Translations under genes and position numbers: made by a program | Shown: piece by piece, positions 1 through 12,098 of the stretch | Position numbering within the stretch: position 1 is the stretch's first letter | How the letters are laid out: each line of letters begins with the position of its first letter | The notes under the pieces: generated by a model | The model's input: only the letters and a program-made list of their open reading frames with translations | Database searches by the model: none | Told to the model about the DNA's origin: nothing | Source of the DNA: Marsupella aquatica | Taxonomy: Eukaryota > Plantae > Marchantiophyta | Length of the DNA: 64,000 bases | NCBI GenBank assembly: GCA_973895155.1 | Contig: OZ316895.1 | Location: 23,830,281-23,894,280 of the forward strand | Direction of reading: 5' to 3'

Positions 1-312
1 TGTCAAATGCCTTGTAAACTATGGAATCTCAGAATCACGACATCGCGACATCACAGATACTTGAAATCTTGGAATGATGATATCATGACATCGCGACATG
101 ATTCATCTGTGACATTTGTACTGACAAAAAGTGAATTGAGAAACCTCTCCTCAAATGGCAACTATGCGGATCACTTATTCTTTTGCACTATGGGATTAGG
201 CTGAGGTGGTGGTTCTCTCGTAATGGAATTACGAGACACAGCTTCCAAAATTGCTTCCCTCACATCAGTATGATGTGTTGAAAAAGGGAGAGACTTCAAC
301 TGAACTCCATAA

Positions 313-2467
313 CTAATCAGCGGCAAATGTCGAAGTACGAACATGTACTGAACCCGAGTACGTGGCCTCCATAGCAGCTCCTATGACATCCCAATTTGTG
401 AAACTAGTATAGTAAACTTTCGGAAATCTCTTCAAGTATGCATCTGTATCAACCAAGTCCAGCTCCATGCCATGAAACATTGCCATAGTTCTAGTGAAAA
501 AATTGATGTAACTTCTTATCTGTGTCGTGGAGATGTCATCCCACTTCTGCTGACACACATGCCGAGGGGTGAAGGGCACAATGGTGTTCACAGGATCCCT
601 TGAGATGCCCAACCGGATTTGTCCTATTCGTCTGATTCAAGAAGTTCATCATGAACCTCAAAGAATATGCAGGCAAGTTCCCAAAGAAAGAGCAAAGGAG
701 CTCACTGTCCTCCACTTGTAGGTCCCCGTACAAGACCATCACTGCTAGTGTGGGTCGGAAATGTTCACCTTCTTGCCAGAACTCATCAAATTGAGCTAAC
801 TCAATCTGAAAAGGTGCCAGTACTGGGAGGTTGAATATGAATTGACATTCACCTTTCTTCAACTTGTAAAACCTCCAGAACTCATTGATTGGGCCATTCA
901 TAGTCGACACCAGCGCACATAAATTTGCAAATCTCTTCAGTTGTTGTACTGGAGTCACCGATTCCACTCGAATGGTTGGTGTGAAGGTTGTTTGTGTAGC
1001 TTCATCCACCATTTCCCTAAATTGCTTCCTCTGCATTGGGGGCTTAGCTGGAATTGAACTGAAATCAAATTTTAACAGAGCCACAGTATTGGGTTCTTGC
1101 CCAATGGGGACCTGTGTAACAGGGAGCTGCACAATTGGCTCCAACACAGACTCCATCACATCCGTTTCAGTTGCTACAGGCAATGTGGGAGGACTATTTC
1201 CAACAGGTGAATAGTCAGACATAGGACTGAATCCCTCACTCAAATCCTCAGCTCCTTCCCTATGAGCATCGCATAATGATGGTCCTGGGCTGTGCAATGG
1301 AGTTCGAGCTTTTGAAGGAGGAAGTAAATCAAACAGCATATCCAAAATTTTCTCCCGTGGACAACTAAGAATGTACATGGCCTGCTGCACAATGTCGGTA
1401 TTAATCCTAGCCTCATATGCCTCATTGGCACTCATTGGAGTCCCTCCCAGGCCACGTGGAGAGGCATCTGGTATCTGCAAATCTCGGCCTTCAAAGTCAT
1501 CAGTGTCTGCCTCTACATCGCAGTGGCCTCCAATGCTCATATTGTCATTGTCCATGTTCTGTTCAACGTCCATTGGTTGCAGACCATCGTCAGCCTCCAC
1601 TTCAAGTCCAGCTAAATCGCTGTCGGATTCTGCATGATTGTCGGGTTCTGCATCGCTCTCGTGTTCTGCATTGCTCTCGGGTTCTGCATCGCTCTCGGGT
1701 TCTGCATCGCTCAGGAGTTCTGCATTGCTCTTGGGTTCTGCATTGCTCTCGGGTTCTGAATCGCTGTCAGATTGTGATTGCCAATCGTCTGGCACCTGAA
1801 TCCCGATGTGCACTATTAACTGCTTCCTCACCCGTTTCTCAGAATCCAATAAGCAGTTCTCGTACCAATACAATTGCGCTAGGTAGTTTTGCAAGTATGT
1901 TGGTTTCCCCAAGGCCAGATGCTTCAGCTGATCAAAAATTACATTCCTAAGCAACAGAGCCCAATTTATGGTGCTCATCCCCTTCCAAGCTGCTATTATA
2001 GTATTTGCCAGGCTGACAGGTGCCACAGACGACTTCCTTGGATGGAAAATTGGGACTAGAAATTGCATCAGAAGGCGGCAGTCGTGGTCGATGCACTGGC
2101 TGACCTTCCAACCACAACTCGTTTTCCTTCCCCCACCAAAATACGAGTCAGACAAGGTATTGTGTTTAGAGTAAAGGCCTTCACCTTCCCAAGGGCATTG
2201 AAAAGCATCAACTACGAAGTGGAGACTCCATTCCTGTGGTTTGCCTCTAACACCGTCGGTCGCATGGGACCTCCTCGGCCTTGGAACTAACATTTCATCA
2301 ACGTAAGAGATAGATAGCACGCCCCAAGGAATGAACATCAATGTCGTCAGTTTCATTTTCCCCAACATTCCATGCAACTTCTTCACATCCTGTAGCAACG
2401 TTGGGAGCTCCGCCAAAACCTTTTTAGGTACTGCAACGACGTCCCGCTCCTCATGCACAATCACCAT
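313..2467 (-). CDS. Transposon-associated protein of unknown function (643-aa ORF 536-2467, probably continued by a frameshift into ORF 313-612)
   Basis: The N-terminal domain (PWG...W...F.C...GW....C.D...R.L.QFLVPIFHP...NW..L...PTYL..YL..LY) resembles, from recollection, bryophyte TE-borne hypothetical proteins. It is followed by an acidic SDAEPE/SNAEPE hexapeptide repeat (18-bp unit, ~1625-1770) and a Pro/Ser-rich linker. Confidence 0.55.
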
Positions 2468-2929
2468 CGTGGCTTCAAAAAAAGTCAGTTCTCAATGTTG
2501 GGCAGTTGCGCATTGCGGTATGAAGGCATTTCAATACCACATTTGGCTGTGCGGAGGTTTAAGCAAAACGCGCCCAAAGTTCAAAGCGAGGTTTAGGGTA
2601 TCGGGTACGTATGCGCGTTGGTGGGAAATATACCTTCTGAAATAAACACTTGTCATACAATACTGTTAATTGAGTTGGTATACCGCCACTCAATATTGAA
2701 AATGAGCCTCTCTGTATCACTGCATAGGCCAATATGAAAATGCAAATGTACGTGCCTAATAACAATGAAATAAAATGCGAGACAGTGGGGAAGGTGAAAA
2801 ACAAATACCGGAATGGGTATTAGAAGAAACATTTCATAGAATTATCTTTGGTTCCTCCCACATCCATAATTATTAGTAGGATGTTGCCACAATAAATTTA
2901 AATACACTAGTTTTAGTGTTCTCAGCGAA

Positions 2930-4537
2930 TTAACGCATTGTATCTGATACTCGATGGAGGCATCCTCCTGGCTGTCTATGGAAATGTAATGCATGCGTCA
3001 TGACAGTTGATTGCAATCCGAGTCTACGCCGTGTTGCAACTGCACTACTGCGATTGTTCCGGTAATGAAGCAAGTTCGGTGCATCATTATCAGAATCATT
3101 TTGTTCCTCCACTTCTAACTCCCCATCTTCATCTGTCCACAAATCATTTCTGCTAATAACAAAATTGTGTAATTTTGCACACATTAGTATCCAACGTACG
3201 AGCCACACACAATCTTTGTTCTCCTTCAGTTGAATCCGCATTTCCTTCAACGAATGCCAACGTGACTTCAGTACCCCAATGCAATGCTCATTTGTTACCC
3301 TGGCAGTTGCAACACACATGTTGAATTCCTCCTTCTCCTGGCTGCTCTCAGACCGTTTGTAGGAGCAAACCAAATGCTCCATTATCTGGTATCCGCTGTC
3401 TCCAAGCAAGTACTGAGTTCTTCCAAAAAGGTGTCCATCATTTTGTTTGCGGTAGAGTGCTGATCTTTTATAACAAGTGAGATCTGAACAAGACCCGGGC
3501 ATACCTGCATGATGCAAGTAGAGTGCAATCAGTGATCATCACATGAAGGTCTTTTCACATCCAACTTTATGATATTGCGACATGGCAAAATCATGTTATC
3601 GCGACATCGCGACATCATAGCGAAGAACATGCTTCATTATTATCCTTCTTGATAGTTTGGTAGTCAGACATGGCGACATCATAGAAGAAAGGAGAAGGAC
3701 ATGCTTACCAGTGTACATGTATAGGATCTTGCGTCTGTGATCACAAACAACTTGGGCATTTAGCGAGTACCTTGACTTCCTGTCAAAATAACATTCTCCA
3801 CCAGTTTTGGGTCTTTGAGACAAAGGGATTAACGTTCCATCTATCAGCCCAACGCAGCCAGGAAAACCTGTTTTGATAAACTCGTCTGAAATCCTTTGAC
3901 GCTCTGCTCTCTTAGGCCATTTCAAGTATTCCTTCAGGGCACACTCTAAAGCGGTCACTGAGCGGGTTGTGAAATTGCAAAGTGTCCCATTACTTACTCC
4001 CCATGTAGGAATGAGACGGGAAAGGCATGCACCATTACCATCATGACCTAGCCGATCAAGAGCCACTGCAAGCTGCCAAGCAACAGGTGCCTGTGGATTG
4101 TTTGATTCGCTTTGAAAAATGGGGTGCTCCTCAATGAGGTCAACAAGTGCATAGAACGATTCCCGGTCCATTCGAGTCATTTGCCGAAACTCACGAGGAA
4201 GCATACAATCAAAAAATTGGGTTACATATTCTTTTGACTTGTTGAAGAAGATTCTATCATTCAAAAATCTAGTGCTGTCCATGACAGCATACAATTCAAA
4301 CAACTCTTCAAGATTCCCCTCCAATTCTGACATGTCCCCACAATCATCAGAATCATCAGAAGAGTCCAGGTCTATATCTGAATCTGAATCTGAATCAGTG
4401 AGCTGTACATTGTCGCTGCTCATACAATCAGCACTTGAGTAAATTCCGTCATCATCAGAGCTTTCAAGTGCAATGTTCAGCTTCAGTGTTTCCCTCACAG
4501 CAATGAGAGCCTTCTGACATTCCGATATTCGAGGCAT
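2930..4537 (-). CDS. Harbinger/HARBI1-like DDE transposase, 2 exons (4537-3709, 3504-2930), ~467 aa, apparently intact
   Basis: Motifs FRQMTRM, GFPGCVGLIDGT (D1), YSLNAQVVCD, G/MPGSCSD across a GT-AG phase-1 intron, LLGDSGY (D2) and RVTNEHCIGVLKSRW (E). Confidence 0.9.
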
Positions 4538-4768
4538 GATGGCACTGAACAGAATTACAACATCATCAGGAACCAAAACAAGTGTGGAGACCAATCACAA
4601 TATTGCTAAAAGGGTTGTGCATCCATAATCTTCTTTGGTCAGAATTGTGCTCAAATAAAATCATCAGAAACCATGGCCATTGCCTATTGAAAGATTGGAT
4701 TACAATACAGAACCAAAATTGTTTGGCTCACTCATCATCGCTATCTAGATTATGGAATTTCAAAGTCC

Positions 4769-5374
4769 TCATAAATCATCTAATACTTTTGTGATCTGCT
4801 TGGCTGTTTTTTTCCCCTTCTGTGATGACGTGCTGGCCTTCCTGGGGGAGACAGCAGCTAGTTGGTGTGTAGGATAGTGAGGAGAAGGGGGAATAGATTG
4901 GAGCACTGTGTCCACAAAGGACATGTGCAAGACCTTCACCGCATATTCATTTATAGATAGAGTGATTTCCACTCGATGCAATTTTTGGGTGACACCAAGG
5001 ACGATGCGTGTCTGCTCCAACTCACTTAACAGTGCAAGGTCATGTGGAGTGGAATCCAACATGGTGGAGGCTACTTCCCATATCTGTGCACGCATAGGGG
5101 TAACTGGCGCATGTATTGCATCGCAAAGAACTACATGGAATCGAAAGGTAGGCTTTCCAGGGAGATTGTGGTTACATTTGGGCCCAAACTCGAGGGACTT
5201 CAGGCACAGTCGCCCAGATGTGAACCGGTGAGGACACTCAGAATATAAAAATTTCCTAGGATGGGGATTTGGGGCCTCAAAGTTCACTAGCCATGCCAGA
5301 GCAGGAGAGAAATTTCTACACTCTCCAGCTGATCTACTTTCATCCACTTCAGCGAGAGACGTCCACCCAACCAT
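4769..5374 (-). CDS. Hypothetical 201-aa protein inside the Harbinger element
   Basis: The ATG at 5374 is preceded by a TTGCAG acceptor and an upstream GTACGT donor (~5506), which suggests a 5'-UTR intron. The C-terminus is basic (QKGKKTAKQ). No recognisable domain. Confidence 0.45.
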   Translation of the reverse strand: MVGWTSLAEVDESRSAGECRNFSPALAWLVNFEAPNPHPRKFLYSECPHRFTSGRLCLKSLEFGPKCNHNLPGKPTFRFHVVLCDAIHAPVTPMRAQIWEVASTMLDSTPHDLALLSELEQTRIVLGVTQKLHRVEITLSINEYAVKVLHMSFVDTVLQSIPPSPHYPTHQLAAVSPRKASTSSQKGKKTAKQITKVLDDL

Positions 5375-5899
5375 GGTCGCTTCTGCAATTCATTCCGGGA
5401 TTAGGCACTATGTCATACACAATATGTAGAACCTCGTGGCACTTTCATGAAACTAAATCACAAACTTGTCCATCCTGGATCATGGGTGAATGCTGAGAGT
5501 ACGTACCTAGCTAAGTTTGCACTGATCGTTTGATGTTGAACTCGTCCCGGTACGCGATCTCGATTTCTCTACAAAACCACCACCAAAATTCAGGGAGCAC
5601 AGTCACAGCATGCGAGGGAGAGTAATAATTACTTGATTATTCATGTTACACACCAAAGAATTGAACGTCTACCGCTATGGTGAACTTCCATGATACCTGA
5701 GGGCCTGGGGAGACCTTCATTCGCGACCTTGTGGGGAGACTTCGTTTCTCGTAATGGATGACGGGGACAATTCTGAAGGTGTGGCTTTTGGTGCGTCGTG
5801 TTCAAACTGTACTGCGACAAAAGAGGTGTACAGTATTGGCGCCCACGTTAAAGGACATGTGTTAAAGTTAAGTGTTAATGCTACTGCCCGCGGCCAATA

Positions 5900-6024
5900 C
5901 TTACGGGACCAGATTTGGGGCTCCCGTAATAGAATAGTTATGGCCAGACCCGTAACTACTTCATTACGGGTGGACGTTAACCCGCTACGGGCCAGCTTAG
6001 CGGGCCAGCTTTGAGACGCCCTAA
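5900..6024. repeat. Harbinger subterminal repeats, terminal inverted repeat and TAA target site
   Basis: Repeated TTACGGG/CCCGTAA/CTACGGG in both orientations, then TTGAGACGCCC followed by TAA. Confidence 0.65.
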
Positions 6025-6141
6025 TACAGACCCGGGGGTTACACAAGGCACAACAGGTCGGCAACGGATCAACATTGGGAGGTCTCAAATATAGGCCCGG
6101 GGGTTTACACAAGGCACAACTGGTCGGGAACGGATCAACTC
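6023..6141. repeat. Two-copy ~65-bp tandem duplication
   Basis: CCCGGGGG(T)TTACACAAGGCACAAC.GGTCGG.AACGGATCAAC occurs twice. Confidence 0.8.
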
Positions 6142-6604
6142 CTTGTCTGCCGACCGAGGAGGCCGTCGGCATAAAGAGTCCGAGCATTCGGTATACTGGT
6201 CTGTTCGGCATAGGCTGAAGTGAGGCGGATTCGCTAGGCAGTATGGTTTGGAAATTTAGAGGTGGTGAATCGTTGCATGTTTAATTGATTGTCATGATAC
6301 ACTGCGGATCAAAAGGCCTTACATCGTGCGGTTGCAGGATTTGGACTGGGTTTTCGGTGATCCAGAGTTTGGTGGATGGTGAGTTTCACGGCCTTGTACC
6401 GTAGTTTTCATCCTTGTGGTGCTCTTTCCTCTGTCGCTTCCTCTGTTGCTACGATTTCTGTCAACCCGAGGGTTTCGTTTCTGCTTGTCATTTGTATGTG
6501 CTTTCTTTTGTTATAACTTGCGTTTGTGGCTGTCTTGTCTCTGCCTGGTTTCATAGCATATATCTTAAGAAGTAAGCAGTATATTGTTCAGCCTGCAAGA
6601 TCCA

Positions 6605-8687
6605 ATGGCGAGTGGTGAAGAAGAAAATATTATGAACCTGCTTCGGAGAACTATTTATGACGAAACACGACTGCGAGACGTTGCTGCGAAACTATGCCTT
6701 AGCTGGGTCGGAGTATCTATGTTGCTAGAGTTGTCGGAAATGGATCTCGAAGACATAATCCGGCGCGTGTTCCCAGTGGCACCTGACGGATTGGAAATGG
6801 CAATTAAGTTGGCAATTCGGCTTCAAAAAGGAAACTCTACGGATGGTAATTCCAACTGAATTTCACAGCAATGTGTTTCTCGTCAGTATCTTCTGGTTCT
6901 TGTTCTGGTTTGTCTTTTCGTTGAGTTTTTTCCTTTGAGCACCCCTCTGTTGCTGCTTTGTTTTCTTTGCTGAAAAGTGATCAAGGGTATCATGGACAGC
7001 AGCTGTCGCCCTTGCTCTGGCATTTGTTTGGAAAGCACTTTTGCAATTAAAGGTGTCCTGTGTCTTCCTGCTTTGCTAACCGATAAAGCATTTCTGCCGT
7101 GCCAAATTTGTAGGGCTCATTGCTCGAGTGATTATTGGATGACTTTCCTGTTTTTCTCATCCTCTTCAACACTTAGAGACCGATGTGTATGCAGAGGGAG
7201 CTCGACCTTCAAAGAAAGCAAAATTCCTGTCCTCGGAAGAAAGAATTTCTGCTAGAAGTAGCTATTTTGGGAAACTGTTGGAAGCCCCTGCTGAGCTCCC
7301 CGTAAGTGTCAATCAACTGAAGGAGTTTTTGTCCCTGACACCAGTAAAGCTCCCAGTACTCTATGAGCTAACTAACGAGAACTTGGGCCAGCCTAATCTG
7401 GTGGTACTTGATACTTCCGAAGGGGCGAGTCAATTGGCAATTTTTTGCGAAACTGTGTTCCGATTGATGAAACGTTCCCTTCCAGGCAATGAGGCCACCA
7501 GCTCACATGAATTGGCTACTCTCACTGGAGAGTTCATCTCGTTATTAAATGAGGAGGCTCCAGCAAACGGAAAATTACAAGGTTTGGACTGGTTACTGGA
7601 TTCACCGAATCCCCCGACTAGTACTGTAGCATCGCGACCACTAAAACCGCTATTAAGACCAGATTTTCAGCTGTTTGTGAGGGATTGTCTCATTCTCCGA
7701 TGGGAGAATAAGACAGACCGGGCACTTCGGCACGAGGCTGCAGTTGAGAACACCTCAAAATTAAAGGCATGGAGCCCTTTGTTCTATGGTAAGCTCCCTT
7801 ATGTGATTGGTGGTGGCTCCGGTGGAAGGCAGTTTCAATGGCTGAAGCTCTATCCGCGAGGCAAGGAAATTGTTTCTGAAAGTATCTCACAACTCTATGA
7901 CTTGAATATGTTGAGCGATGTAGCCAAGTTCCTACATAGCACCATTCGGATGCACTGTCTCCTACAGAAACTACAGGAAGAACTGGATAGTAACATCCCC
8001 TTGGCATTATATAGGCCAATAGCAAGAGGTGATGGTGGAGCAGTGACGATCTATCCTGACTGCGTGACGAAGGAAATCCCACGATTGATGAAAGATAAGG
8101 TGACCGCGATAAAATGCCTGTATGAAAAAATCGATGGTTCCAGGTACCTGATCCAACTTATATCCGCCCGATCATCCAGGGCTAAAACAGTATTGCGACT
8201 ACAACCTGTTGGTGACCCATCTGCAAAGCCTAAGGATTGCAAGGATTTAGTAAATGCCACGCATGACATGTTATGCGGCCTTGCGGACTTGCACATGAAA
8301 GGCTACACCCACAGGGACATAAGGTGGCCCAACGTTCTCAAAGTAAATGATATGGGTGAATGGAAATGGGTGATCATAGACTTGGAAGCTGCTGGAGACG
8401 ACAATGAAGTATGGGTTGGTGAGGACTTAACGGGTTGGGATGCGGAAACGTTGGAAGAAGACAATGACAAAAGGAAAAGATACACCAAGGGATCGGACAT
8501 GTACCAACTCGGGAAACTTATAGCTGAATGGCTCGATGACTTTTCTGAGGGCGGTAAGGAAGAACGTCAATTGATGAGATCCCGGGCAAAACAAATGCAG
8601 CAGGAACGTACAGCAGCAGCGAAGATGCTTGAGGATATCTGCAAGAAACGTTGCGAACGATGTCGCGTGTTTGGCACAAAGCTGTAG
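6605..8687 (+). CDS. Crinkler(CR)-like protein: helical/SAM-like N-terminal header, PD-(D/E)XK REase-like domain and atypical protein kinase; 2 exons (6605-6845, then 7177 or 7195 to 8687)
   Basis: The phase-1 donor GATG/GTAATT at 6846 matches both AG acceptors (7176, 7194) in frame. RPDFQLFVRDCLILRWENK is a PD...(E)xK-like motif. Kinase motifs are HRDIRWPNV, IIDLE and SDMYQLG, with no canonical Gly-rich loop. Confidence 0.65.
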
Positions 8688-10058
8688 ACAGGATTCTGAT
8701 ACTCGTAGCAGTAACTCATTGGAAGGTGATCTGCTTTCCCTGAAATTCGTGTTCTTCCATATTTGTTGAGTTCTGTCAACTCGATTGCTGTTGATTGGCA
8801 TCAACTGTCTCACCTTGGCAAAGAGGAGACTGCCCTATGTTTTTTCTTCTCCAAATCTTCATTGACAGACAGATGCAATAACAAAACCCAATTGTAGACT
8901 TCCGCAGGTTTCTGAAAGGAAGACCGGGAGTAAACTAAAGAGAGATATCGAAGACTTTACCTGGTGAGATAAGGCAACTCATAGAAGAAGTTTTTCTTTA
9001 TGGCATATCTGAATTTCAGGACTTGTGAGTCTCAAAATTTATCAGTCTGGCCCTGGTGTTAATGACAAAGGACCGTCCTGAGATTTGCGTTGGTTGCCGA
9101 ATACTATCCATCGTTTGAAAGTTTGGCAGTTGAATGAGAGGGGGCTTCGTTTTGGCGTCATATGAACTACGTTTTATAGGGCAGAATGTACAGAAGAATT
9201 TCATATAGTGTAGTTCCGTATTTGTTTTGACAGCTCGGTCTGATTATTTCATAGTAGATTGCTGTCAGGTTTTGGAAAGGAAGAAGTGAAGGCACACGCA
9301 ACCATGCCTCTCAGATCAATCTCTTTGTAGACCATTATTGGGTTTAAATTGTCAGATTTCGTACATGATCTCACGACTTGCAGAGTGAGCGCGGCAGATA
9401 TGTCAAAGATAGTTCAAAAGGATCTCACAATGAAAAAAAGTATCTAATTGTCAAACGATGTAGGTATGCAGTAGTTCTATTTGGGGGAAACTCTAGTAGT
9501 TGTAGCTTATTCTGCTAACTTCCCACTCAGTTTCCGATGCAAAGGGAGAATCTCCTGTTCGTTGACGATTGGGCCGGCGTGTGAAATAGCTCAAACCCAT
9601 ACCAAAGAGAGAATAAAGCTACGCTTAACCGATTGATATTTTAAACTCTCCTGTGCCCTTCTTCGGTCCCGTGTGTCCTCATTCTTGATTGGGTCATTAT
9701 TTGGCATCTTGTACTCTGTCCTTTCCGTTCCCAAGTGGCGGATTTTAGACTTAAAAATCACTCTATTCGACAATAATCAACGGAGAATTTACTTCATCAT
9801 CCCAAACTACTGAATGCCTTTGGACCTAGTTGCTACTGTAAGTGCAGAGAAGTATATTAAAGTATGCTTACATGTGGAGCATAGAATAAGCTTGACAACT
9901 TCCATATTAGCTCACTGTTTCCCCTGTCGCAGCTTACCCATCTCAAGATGGAACTTTAAAAACTGTACCAGGACGTTCGCCTCGATGAGTTTCTATACGC
10001 AGTGGTCCAGTTGACTACACAGATAATCTTGAACCTTTTGAAGGACTCATGAAGACAA

Positions 10059-11079
10059 CTACTTCATTGTCCACTGATTGGGAAATGATTCACGGTAAGC
10101 TGCATCTTGATCCCTGGCTAGCTGACTAACAGTTGCATCCGTGACACGCCCATTCAGTAGCCTGCGAGCCAGCCTATCCTTCACCGTTGGTTTCTTTTGC
10201 AAGAGAGCGGTCAGCCCACCTCTTGGCTTTTCTGTACGAGAGTCAGCATTGCCCCCTTCACCAAAAGCCCCACTAGGAGCCTCACCAAATTCTCCTAATC
10301 TAATTTGAGCAGTAGCTGCTTCTCTTAGGCAGGCCTCGTTGTGCTCTCTAGTTCTTTTCGCTCTATGTCTCCGTGCTAGTGCCTTGGCTTGTTCGTCCAT
10401 CTTCCTAACGTTCCCTATCGCCTGCTCCGCTAGCTCGACCGGGTCTAAGCTTTGATGACCTGGAAGGATGCCAGTTTCATCAGATTCGTCACCACCAGTT
10501 CCTGTCAACTGTCTCGCATTTTCTGTCTCGGGTCCAATTGCTGACTGCGCGTGCTTTACTTCTTCAGGAATAATATTTCCTTCATCGTCTCGTGCTCTTA
10601 TAGGCCCATGGAGTGGGCATTTTCGAAGATCTCTCCGTTGGCACAACCCTCCACTCCTCAGAGGAGCTCGACAAGGGCGAATTTCAACCTTTGGGGCTTT
10701 GTAGTACGATGCCCTTACGCTGATTTCCGCAATCTTCTCAACAGGGATCATGATATCATAGTCAACCTTCCCCAGGGATTCTCATATTCCATCCCCCATG
10801 AGTTGGCAGGGATGGCACTCTGACTGCCCCAAGTGTCCAGGAATGAGCCCCATGGCAACACCGGGGCTTCCTTCAGCAGATCTTGCTTGATACCCACTAC
10901 GTCCATTTTCTCCGAATTGCTTTTGATTTCTTCACTCTCCACTGTAGTCGTATAGCCGGAGCTGGGGCGTCAGCAGACCGGCTATTTTCAACTGGAGGAC
11001 TATGTGGAACAACTCCTATGTCGGTCAATAGATCTCCCTGTTCCCAAATTTCGACAACGAATTCCTCCCGGTGAGACAT
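10059..11079 (-). pseudogene. UVSSA: UV-stimulated scaffold protein A (UVSSA) 3' fragment with frameshift(s)
   Basis: UVSSA C-terminal motifs are present: APVLPWGSFLDTWGS, ENPWGR.DYD, the zinc finger CRAPLRSGGLCQRRDLRKCPLHGPI.ARDDEG, and YRESFPNQW. There is a 1-nt frameshift near 10766 and probably another near 10940. No upstream exons were found before TE debris begins. Confidence 0.75.
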
Positions 11080-11449
11080 GTTGACGGCATTTTAGTGATC
11101 ATTCTAGTACCGTAATCCTTTCCAGAAATGTTCTTACGGATATACCACCTAAATCATGTCGAATGAAGTTATGTTGAGGAGTTACCTTGGTGTTTTCCTA
11201 ACTCTCTCACCATACCTCAAGATTTTCATTATGTTTTGTTAATTGTTTCTATTTTACAATGTTAAGCAAACATTCAAAACTATCATGTCTTGCTGAGCAA
11301 TCATAGTAAAAGGCTCAACTTTGTATTTTTGTTATCTTACTCATTCAAAAATGCTGAATCATAGAAAATCATTCCTTACATATTTTTCCATGGGATCGAA
11401 TACCGTGTTTTGGACCTTATATGTTAATTTATATCCCTGATATGATATT

Positions 11450-11930
11450 ACACCGTACATAACTACGTGTCTCTAGATCTAGTTCCCCTACAATTGTTTC
11501 TAGTTGAACCAAAGTTGATGAGTAGGGACAGTACATGGGTTCTTGCGTGCATAGACTTTGTGGATCTTCCTCGAAGTGGTGTGATTTCATTTGCGTCTAT
11601 CACCATAGTAACCAGATATCCAGACTCAAATGCATTTTAGCATTTTGAGCAATGAATGTTAATTACTTGGTGTTATTGACACTCTACACCAGATTTATTA
11701 CTGTACATGTCTATGTGCCTCTGGATCTAGTTCCTACAATTCTTTCTAGTTGAACCCAAGGTTGACAAGTAGGGACAGTGGGTTCCTGTGTGCATAGACT
11801 TTGTGAATTTTCCTGGGGAAGTGGTGGATTTCATTCGCACCAATCACCATAGCACCTGGATATCCGGACTCAAATGCATTTTAACATTTTTGGTGATGAA
11901 TGTTAATTACTTGGTGTTATTGACACTATT
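11450..11930. repeat. Diverged two-copy tandem duplication (~245-bp unit)
   Basis: Both copies run from GATCTAGTTCC..CAATT.TTTCTAGTTGAACC to TGAATGTTAATTACTTGGTGTTATTGACACT. Confidence 0.85.
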
Positions 11931-12098
11931 GTAATGGGCTCGTAGACTATTGTAAGAACCTGGGGAGCATGACCATTCTCATTGTCACCACAGTCTAGCA
12001 TGACATTTGTCTAGATATCAAACTGATATCAAACCACTTAGATAGTGTGCCACCAGAGGTTTGGTGTACATACCTACTAGTGGCAAGAAGGGACAACG

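Larger units (their letters stand above)
1..6021 (-). mobile_element. PIF/Harbinger DNA transposon, right portion (left end outside the window), carrying a transposase and at least two extra ORFs
   Basis: HARBI1-type DDE transposase at 2930-4537. Terminus ...TTGAGACGCCC (reverse complement GGGCGTCTCAA) ends at 6021 and is followed by TAA (6022-6024), the typical Harbinger TSD. Subterminal TTACGGG/CCCGTAA repeats lie at 5900-5991. The motif GACATCGCGACAT occurs at 39-51, 87-99 and in the transposase intron (3603-3615). Confidence 0.72.

Noticed and set aside
6125-6145. AACGGATCAACTCC also found at the inner edge of the MULE TIR (~42312)
   Set aside because: The match is only ~14 bp with no flanking similarity, so it is probably chance.
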